Shown here: positions 28,173 to 35,082 of the stretch, piece after piece
Layout of the letters: the number at the start of each line of letters is the position of its first letter
Numbering within the stretch: position 1 is the stretch's first letter
Notes under the pieces: generated by a model
Seen by the model: only the letters and a program-made list of their open reading frames with translations
Told to the model about the DNA's origin: nothing
The model's database searches: none
Program-made: the position numbers and the translations under genes
Assembly (NCBI GenBank): GCA_020429915.1
Contig: JAGQKV010000006.1
Span: 5,458 to 69,457, forward strand
Source of the DNA: Candidatus Omnitrophota bacterium
GTDB taxonomy: Bacteria; Omnitrophota; Gorgyraeia; Zapsychrales; Zapsychraceae
Length of the DNA: 64,000 nucleotides
Direction: 5' to 3'

Positions 28173-29390
28173 ATGAGTTTGGATATCAACGCAATCCGTA
28201 ACGACTTTCCCGCGCTGCAACGCCTCATCAAAGGCAAACCGCCGGTTTATTTCGACAATGCCTGCATGACCCTGCGGCCGCAGACGGTTATCGACGCGAT
28301 GACGCACTATTACCGGGAACACCCCAGCTGTCATCGCCGGTCGATCCACAAATTCGGCAAGGAAACCACCGCCGCGTATGATAAAGCCAAGAAAACGGTG
28401 CGCGCGTATATCAATGCCAAGGACGCCGATGAGATCGTCTTTACCAAAAACGCCACCGCCGGGATCAACATTGTCGCGCACGGTTTGAACTTTCAGCCCG
28501 GGGATGTCCTTCTGACGACGACGCTGGAACACAACTCCAATTTCTTACCGTGGCAATTCGTGGCCAAAAAGGCGGGGGCGAATCTCGCGGCGGTGCCGTT
28601 GACGCCGGAACTGACCTTTGATCTGGACGCGTATCGCAAGGCCCTTACCGATGAGGTCAAGGTCGTGGCCGTTCCGCATAAGAGTCACATCACAGGGTAT
28701 ACCTATCCGGTCAAAGAGATCATTCAACTGGCCCACGCGCGGGGCGCGGTGGTGCTGATCGACGCGGCGCAAAGCGCGGCCCAGGACGACATCGACGTCC
28801 AGGAGCTGGATGCGGACTTCCTGGTGTTTTCTTTTCACAAGATGCTCGGTCCCAGCGGCACAGGCTGCCTGTACGGAAAGAAGAGTTATCTGGACAACCT
28901 GACGCCGGTGTTTATCGGCGGGGAGACCGTAGACGATGTCAGTCACAACGCCTATGCGTTAACCAAGGTCCCGGAACGGTTCGAGGCGGGGCTGCAGGAT
29001 TACGCCGGGGCAATGGGCGTGACCGCGGCAGTGGAATATTTGCAGCGTGTCGGTCGTCCTGCCGTCCGCGCGCATATCGGGAAATTGAACGCCTTGGTCA
29101 CCCAAGGCATCTCGGAATTGCCCAAGGTCCGCATCCTCGGTCCGGCCGCGGCGGCACAACGCGGCGGGATCGTTAATTTCCAGATCGACGGCATGGATGC
29201 GGGTGAGTTGTCGATCATTCTCGATGAAACCGACAATATCATGACCCGCAGCGGGGTGCATTGCTGCCACGCGGGATACAAACGGCACAATCTGAGCCCG
29301 AGTTTACGGGTATCGTTTTATATGTATAATACAGAACAAGAAGCGGAGCTTTTTGTCGACCGGCTGAAGAAGATCGTCCGTTTTTTCTAA
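28173..29390 (+). CDS. Cysteine desulfurase, class V aminotransferase (SufS/CsdA-like)
   Basis: 'FSFHKMLGPSGTGCLYG' is the PLP-lysine region; 'TRSGVHCCHAGY' matches the SufS active-site Cys loop (RxGxHCA). Confidence 0.8.
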   Translation: MSLDINAIRNDFPALQRLIKGKPPVYFDNACMTLRPQTVIDAMTHYYREHPSCHRRSIHKFGKETTAAYDKAKKTVRAYINAKDADEIVFTKNATAGINIVAHGLNFQPGDVLLTTTLEHNSNFLPWQFVAKKAGANLAAVPLTPELTFDLDAYRKALTDEVKVVAVPHKSHITGYTYPVKEIIQLAHARGAVVLIDAAQSAAQDDIDVQELDADFLVFSFHKMLGPSGTGCLYGKKSYLDNLTPVFIGGETVDDVSHNAYALTKVPERFEAGLQDYAGAMGVTAAVEYLQRVGRPAVRAHIGKLNALVTQGISELPKVRILGPAAAAQRGGIVNFQIDGMDAGELSIILDETDNIMTRSGVHCCHAGYKRHNLSPSLRVSFYMYNTEQEAELFVDRLKKIVRFF

Positions 29391-29393
29391 AAC

Positions 29394-30692
29394 ATGAATA
29401 TACTGCTGATCAAACCGTACTGGCCTTATCCCTACGGCAAAGGGGAGCACACCTATAACCGTATATGGCCGCCGTTGTCGCTGGCGAATTGCGCTGCGAT
29501 TCTGGAACAGCGGGGGCATACGGTGGCCATCCTCGACGCGCACGCGCGGCGTATCCGCCCCCGATATATCGCGCGGCACATCGGCGGCTACGACAAGATA
29601 TTCCTGACATCATCTTCCTTGGACCGCTGGCAGTGTCCCAACGTCAATATGGTCCCCTTCTACGAAACCACCTCCGCGCTACGCGAGGCAGGCGCCGGGT
29701 TTTACGTGATGGGTTATCACGGGACTGTCGACGCGCAGAATGTCTTGGAACAGAGCGGGGCGCGCGCCGTCATCCGCGGCGGGCCCGAATTCATCGTAGC
29801 CGATATTTGCGCCGGCACCCCGCTGGCACAGATCAACGGCGTGAGCTATTTTGAAGGCGAAACCTTCCGCGCCAATCCCGATTACGGCAATTTCGAACTG
29901 ACCGAGCTGCCGGTACCGGCGTTTCATCTGCTCGATATCGACAAATATTTCTACGAGATTCTGGGCAAACGGTTCATGCTGTTCGAACTGGGCCGGGGCT
30001 GCAACTTCGGCTGCAAGTTTTGCAACCGCATCATGTACGCGCCCAAGCTGCGGGTGAAGACCAGCGAGCAGATGTGCGAAGAGGTGCGGACGGCCGTGGA
30101 GGAGCACGGCGTGAAGACGGCCTATTTCATGGACCTGGAATTTCTGCACTACAAAAATCATGTCAGCCGGCTGTGCGACTTCTTGATTGAAAAGAACTAT
30201 AACTTCAAATGGTGCTGCCAGACGCGGGCCGATTCGGTTGACCCGGACATTCTCGCGAAAATGAAGCAGGCCGGTTGTCAACTCATCCACGTCGGGGTGG
30301 AGAGCGGAACGAAAAAATACCTCGACCTCACCAACAAGTCCATTTCCCCTGAGCAGATTTTGGAGGGGGTCTCCATGTGTCGGGCCGCCGGGATCAAGAC
30401 GCTGGCCTTTTATATGTTCGGGTTAAAAGAGGAATCGGAAGACGACCGCCGGGAGACGTTTCGCTTTGCCAAAAAGCTGAACACCAACTTTGTCTCCTTC
30501 CACAAGGTCTATCCGTACCTGAAGAGCAATGTGTACATGCCGGATATCAATTTCAACAAATACATCGATAATTACATCCGCCGGGTGTATATCCAGTACT
30601 ACCTCCGTCCGGAATACATCTGGAGTTCGGATATGCTGACCCTGCTGCGCAGTTTCCGGGTGTTCATGGGGCGTTTACTGACTCTTATATGA
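29394..30692 (+). CDS. B12-binding-domain radical SAM enzyme
   Basis: 'GRGCNFGCKFC' CX3CX2C motif. N-terminal Rossmann-like domain ('ILLIKPYW..LSLANCAAILEQRGHTVAILD'). Confidence 0.7.
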   Translation: MNILLIKPYWPYPYGKGEHTYNRIWPPLSLANCAAILEQRGHTVAILDAHARRIRPRYIARHIGGYDKIFLTSSSLDRWQCPNVNMVPFYETTSALREAGAGFYVMGYHGTVDAQNVLEQSGARAVIRGGPEFIVADICAGTPLAQINGVSYFEGETFRANPDYGNFELTELPVPAFHLLDIDKYFYEILGKRFMLFELGRGCNFGCKFCNRIMYAPKLRVKTSEQMCEEVRTAVEEHGVKTAYFMDLEFLHYKNHVSRLCDFLIEKNYNFKWCCQTRADSVDPDILAKMKQAGCQLIHVGVESGTKKYLDLTNKSISPEQILEGVSMCRAAGIKTLAFYMFGLKEESEDDRRETFRFAKKLNTNFVSFHKVYPYLKSNVYMPDINFNKYIDNYIRRVYIQYYLRPEYIWSSDMLTLLRSFRVFMGRLLTLI

Positions 30693-32722
30693 TGAATCCC
30701 ATCCGTATATCCATCATCCTTCCCGTTTACAATGAAGAAGCGAATATTCAGCGCACTGTTGAAGAGGCGGCGCAGTGGTTGAAGCAGTGCGCCGGTATCT
30801 CCGCTTACGAAATCGTGGCGGTGAACGACGGCAGCCGCGACAACAGCGGTAAAATCCTGGAGCGTTTGAAAACCGAAGTCGAGAATCTCGTGGTGGTGGA
30901 CTATCCCGGGAACAAGGGATACGGAGGCGCGCTGGTGAGCGGGATTCGCGTGGCCCGTTACGACTGGATCCTGCTGATGGACTCCGACGGACAGTTCAAG
31001 ATGGACGCGCTGGCCGGTCTGCTCGAGTATACAGAGGAACACGACATCGTGGCCGGATACCGCCGGCAGCGGCAAGATAATTTCCTGCGCATCTGGCTCG
31101 GCGAGCTGTATACATTCCTGGCCGGCGCCTTCCTGAAGGTTCGGCTGCGCGACATCAACTGCGGATTCAAATTGTTCCGCAAATCTTTTCTGGATGTCGA
31201 CGGGATCAACACACATGCCGGCGCATTTTATACCCATGTCTTTATGAACGCGCACGCCAAGAACGCGCGGATCAAGGAAGTCCCGGTTGCGCATCACCCG
31301 CGCCCGGCCGGACGGTCGACAGGAGCCAGCCCCAAGGTGGTGATGATGGCCGTCAGTGATTTTTGGGACCTGCTGTTCGGTCGGGGACGGTCATCCGCCG
31401 CGCCGACACGCACGTCATGGGCCGGCAAAGCGGGCCTGCTGATCCTCGGTTGTTTTCTGACGCTGGTCGTGCTCGAGGTAGGCATGCGGACGTCCGGCGC
31501 CCTGATCACCACGGCGCAGTCTTTGCAGAACCGTTTGGCTGTCCGTGACGACAGCCGCTACCGCATTCTGTGCGTGGGGGAATCGACCACCTTCTTCGGG
31601 ACCTACAATTACGCGTATCCGCATATGCTCGAGGAGATCCTTAACCAGCACCCGGCCGGAAGCGAGTACCGGGTCTTTAATGAAGGACAGATCGGCACCG
31701 ATACGGATGAAATTCTCGAAGACCTGTCGGACCATCTGCGACGGTACCGACCGCACATGGTGATCGCGATGATGGGTGTCAACGACGCCTTCGGAGAGGA
31801 TTTGGGAACGGTGCCGGCGGGAGGGTTCTCGCATTTGCGTGTGGTCCGTTTGATGCAGCTCATTCGTCGTCACTGGCAGGAAAAGTTCGGGTCCTATCGC
31901 GGTGACCGCCATGTCGAACGGGGATACGAGTTTTTGAGTGACGGTGACATCGAGGAGGCGTGGGCGGAGGTGGAACGGGCCCGGCGGGCCGGTGCGCCGC
32001 CGGCGGAAATTGAAGCTCTGACCGGACATATCCATTGGCTGGCTGCCGGTGATTTCGACCGGTCGGCGGCGGCCTATGACAAGGCCCTCAGTCTGGACCC
32101 CGGCCGCGAGTGGCTTTATGAAGATTATTTTCAGGTCCTGTACTACGGCAATCGTTATGAAGAGGCTGCCGGTGTGATGCAACGGATGCTGGCCCGCTTT
32201 CCCAAATCAGAGGATGCCTACCGGAAGCTGGGGAAGGTGTATCTTCAACTGAAACAGTACGACAAACTCGAGGCCCTCCTGCAAAAGGCGGACGAGCAGG
32301 TTCCCGATGATCCGGGGATGATCAGGATCCGGGCGGCCTATCATCTGGCCAAGGGGGAAACCGACCGGGCCGAACGTCTTTTTGAACGCTATGCCGAGTA
32401 TGAACGTCAACACACCAATCCGCGGACGGCGGATAATTACCGTATCCTGCGGGATACGGTCCTGGCCTCGGGGGCTGAATTGGTAGCCGTACAGTATCCG
32501 TTGCGGGACGTGGATTCGCTCAAGGCCATGCTGAACAATGACCGGCGGGTCACTTTCGTCTCCAACGAGGATAATTTCAAGTCAGCGGTCCTGGAACACG
32601 GCTACGGCCAGCTCTTCACCGACCAATTTGCCGGCGACTTCGGTCATTTGAGCGACCGCGGGAACCGTCTGCTGGCCGGTGCGGTGGCCGAAGCGATTTT
32701 AGGGCATCTGCAAAGGCGGTAA
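30689..32722 (+). CDS. Fusion protein: GT2 (DPM1/GtrB-like polyprenyl-phosphate glycosyltransferase) plus SGNH hydrolase with TPR insertion
   Basis: N-terminal 'ISIILPVYNEE...VAVNDGSRDNS...LMDSDGQ' is a GT2 DxD-type domain. A TM helix follows, then 'RILCVGESTTFFG' (block I), 'VFNEGQIGTDTD' (block III), TPR repeats and 'FAGDFGHLSDRGNRL' (block V). Confidence 0.7.
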   Translation: MMNPIRISIILPVYNEEANIQRTVEEAAQWLKQCAGISAYEIVAVNDGSRDNSGKILERLKTEVENLVVVDYPGNKGYGGALVSGIRVARYDWILLMDSDGQFKMDALAGLLEYTEEHDIVAGYRRQRQDNFLRIWLGELYTFLAGAFLKVRLRDINCGFKLFRKSFLDVDGINTHAGAFYTHVFMNAHAKNARIKEVPVAHHPRPAGRSTGASPKVVMMAVSDFWDLLFGRGRSSAAPTRTSWAGKAGLLILGCFLTLVVLEVGMRTSGALITTAQSLQNRLAVRDDSRYRILCVGESTTFFGTYNYAYPHMLEEILNQHPAGSEYRVFNEGQIGTDTDEILEDLSDHLRRYRPHMVIAMMGVNDAFGEDLGTVPAGGFSHLRVVRLMQLIRRHWQEKFGSYRGDRHVERGYEFLSDGDIEEAWAEVERARRAGAPPAEIEALTGHIHWLAAGDFDRSAAAYDKALSLDPGREWLYEDYFQVLYYGNRYEEAAGVMQRMLARFPKSEDAYRKLGKVYLQLKQYDKLEALLQKADEQVPDDPGMIRIRAAYHLAKGETDRAERLFERYAEYERQHTNPRTADNYRILRDTVLASGAELVAVQYPLRDVDSLKAMLNNDRRVTFVSNEDNFKSAVLEHGYGQLFTDQFAGDFGHLSDRGNRLLAGAVAEAILGHLQRR

Positions 32723-32726
32723 GACT

Positions 32727-33920
32727 ATGGAATTCGGATTCATGAAACGGGTGGACTACTGGGCGGGAAGGCCGCTGTGCTGGCTTTTGACGCTGTGGCG
32801 CCGGATCATACCCGGCCGGCCGGCTCGAGCAATGCCTCCCGAGCGGATCCTGATCATCAAGCCCTCGGAGTTGGGGGCGATTATCCTCGCTTTTCCGCTG
32901 ATCAACCGGTTGCAGCAACAGTACCCGCAGGCCCGGATCAGTTTTCTGACCTTTGCCGCCAATCGCTCGTTATTCGAAGTCAGCCGGATGGTCCCGGCCG
33001 ATCAGATAATCACCCTGCGGGAGGGGTCTTTCGGCGTTTTTCTGACCGATGTGATATCGGCTCTGGCCCGGATCCGGCGGGAGCGGTATGATGTGGTGAT
33101 CGATCTGGAGTTCTTTTCACGCTTCACCGCGATCGTGAGCTTTTTCAGCGGTGCCCCCAAGCGGGCCGGTTTTCACCGCTACAGCATCGAGGGGGTTTAT
33201 CGCGGGGATCTGTTCACTCACAGGGTGCCCTACAATCCGCACCGTCACGTCCAGCAGATGTACCTCCACATGATTTCCAGTTTGGACAAATCCTTTAAGG
33301 ATACCCCCGAGAATGATGCCCCGGATCCCGACTACGGAACGGATTGGCGCTACCAACCCTCCGACGACACACGTGACCGGATACGGACAAAATTGGCGGC
33401 TGAAGGGGTGGATCCGGCGGCCCGCCTCTATTTGTTGGCCCCGGGGGAGGGACGAATCCCGTTGCGGGAATGGCCGTTAGAGAACTTTGTGAGCCTGGCT
33501 GACCGGATTCTGGAGGACCCGCAGGCCAGGGTGGTGGTCGTCGGGCTGCAAGATCCTGCCGGACGTGCCGGGCATTTGCTCAATACGGTCCGCTCCCGCG
33601 ACCGGGTCACCGATTGGGTAGGCCGGACCGACCTCCCTGAGCTGCTGACGCTTTTCTCCCTGGCCAAGGGGGTGGTGGCCGCCGATTCGGGGCTGGCGCA
33701 TCTGGCCGCGCTGACCCCGGTTAAAAATTACGTCCTGTTCGGCCCCGAGCATCCGCGCATCTTCCAACCGTTGGGCGAGAACACCGTGGTATTCTATCTC
33801 GGCCTCCCATGTTCGCCGTGTCTGTCTGTCTTTAATCATCGCAACTCCGCCTGCCGGGACAATCTCTGTCTGAAGCATATCTCCGTGGACGAAGTTTACC
33901 GGTCGCTTGTGGATAACTGA
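32727..33920 (+). CDS. Glycosyltransferase family 9 (heptosyltransferase, WaaC/WaaF-like)
   Basis: 'ILIIKPSELGAII' N-terminal motif and 'VVAADSGLAHLAAL' (GT9 'DSGPMHLAAA' motif). Confidence 0.7.
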   Translation: MEFGFMKRVDYWAGRPLCWLLTLWRRIIPGRPARAMPPERILIIKPSELGAIILAFPLINRLQQQYPQARISFLTFAANRSLFEVSRMVPADQIITLREGSFGVFLTDVISALARIRRERYDVVIDLEFFSRFTAIVSFFSGAPKRAGFHRYSIEGVYRGDLFTHRVPYNPHRHVQQMYLHMISSLDKSFKDTPENDAPDPDYGTDWRYQPSDDTRDRIRTKLAAEGVDPAARLYLLAPGEGRIPLREWPLENFVSLADRILEDPQARVVVVGLQDPAGRAGHLLNTVRSRDRVTDWVGRTDLPELLTLFSLAKGVVAADSGLAHLAALTPVKNYVLFGPEHPRIFQPLGENTVVFYLGLPCSPCLSVFNHRNSACRDNLCLKHISVDEVYRSLVDN

Positions 33921-34005
33921 GTGGAAAACCCGTGGAAAACTTTGTGGGCAGGTGATCAGTATCGGGAATTTTTTGTGAAATATCTAGTTTATTTCGTTGT
34001 TGGTC

Positions 34006-34034
34006 TTGCAATCGAAATCATTGTGTTTTATATT
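34006..34034 (+). promoter_or_regulatory. Candidate sigma70-like promoter in the AT-rich region upstream of the PilZ genes
   Basis: TTGCAA(34006-34011)-N17-TATATT(34029-34034). The intergenic region 33921-34172 is about 35% GC. Confidence 0.3.
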
Positions 34035-34172
34035 TGAGGTAAGTTTCTCCGGAAAGCGTTTTCACTCCTGTCCATCGCATCTCTAGGTGAAAATAATTTA
34101 GATTTTAGTTGCAAACCCTTGAAAGATTGTTAGACTGAACATTAACAATCCGAGTAAATTAGAGTATATCTA

Positions 34173-34508
34173 ATGCCGAAAGTTCTCAACAAGCGTAGGA
34201 CCAAACGTCTCAGTTGTGAAGTTCCCCTCGAAGGGCAAAAGGGTAGTGTCTTTGAAGCCACCCAAGTTGTCGACTTCAGTAAAGGGGGACTAGGATTCGT
34301 ATCTTCTCGACGGATTCCCGTCAACAAACGCATCCCCATCCAACTCGATCTTCAGGAAGATGACATGCCCGTGCTGGTCATCGGCCGCGTCAAGTGGTCC
34401 CGTCCGATCAACGGCACCGGACAATACCGCGTCGGAATCACCTTTGAAGAGGTGATGCACGGATCAAAAACCCGCCTTCAGGAATTTTTCCGTAACAACC
34501 ATGAATGA
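34173..34508 (+). CDS. PilZ-domain c-di-GMP-binding protein
   Basis: 'RRTKRL' (RxxxR) and 'DFSKGGLGF' (D/NxSxGG) PilZ signatures. Confidence 0.7.
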   Translation: MPKVLNKRRTKRLSCEVPLEGQKGSVFEATQVVDFSKGGLGFVSSRRIPVNKRIPIQLDLQEDDMPVLVIGRVKWSRPINGTGQYRVGITFEEVMHGSKTRLQEFFRNNHE

Positions 34509-34851
34509 AGAAATCCGTAAGGACGACCGCCGGTTGTTCGAACGGTTTTCGGCCCGCTATCCCGCGCGATTTAAAGACGAGCGTGAAGACTTCGGGGAGA
34601 AAATCTATCTGCGCGATGCCTCGGCTTTCGGGGCGCGTTTATCAGGACGCGACCGTCTTTTTCTCAACGACAAAATCAGCATTGAAGTCGATGTTCCCGA
34701 CGGCATGGCGCCCATGGATCTGAAAGGCGAAGTGGTGTGGATCAGCAAGAATGCCCAGAACGTCTGGGATTTCGGAATCCGTTTTCATAAGGTTGAGTTG
34801 CTGCGCCTCGCCCGTCTCTACAAATTCCACGTTAACACCCTGCCCGCCTGA
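34501..34851 (+). CDS. PilZ-domain protein (second, tandem)
   Basis: 'RRLFER' (RxxxR) and 'DASAFGARL' (DxSxxG). Overlaps the first PilZ gene by 8 nt. Confidence 0.6.
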   Translation: MNEEIRKDDRRLFERFSARYPARFKDEREDFGEKIYLRDASAFGARLSGRDRLFLNDKISIEVDVPDGMAPMDLKGEVVWISKNAQNVWDFGIRFHKVELLRLARLYKFHVNTLPA

Positions 34852-35082
34852 CGGTTGGAAGCCGGGTTAAACCCCGATTTCCTGACCGCGACCGTTTAGT
34901 CCCCGGACATGTGACCGTTCCATACCCTTTGTTCAGGGGATCTGCCGGGTCCTGCCGCCTGCACGGGCACGTTTGCGGTGCAGGGTAAAGGCGGGTGAAT
35001 TCAGCTTGACCTGTCTGTCCCTGCCATGCTAAACTTTTGCCTCTATTAATTTCCCAGCTGGTTTCGTAGCCAAGACGCACCG

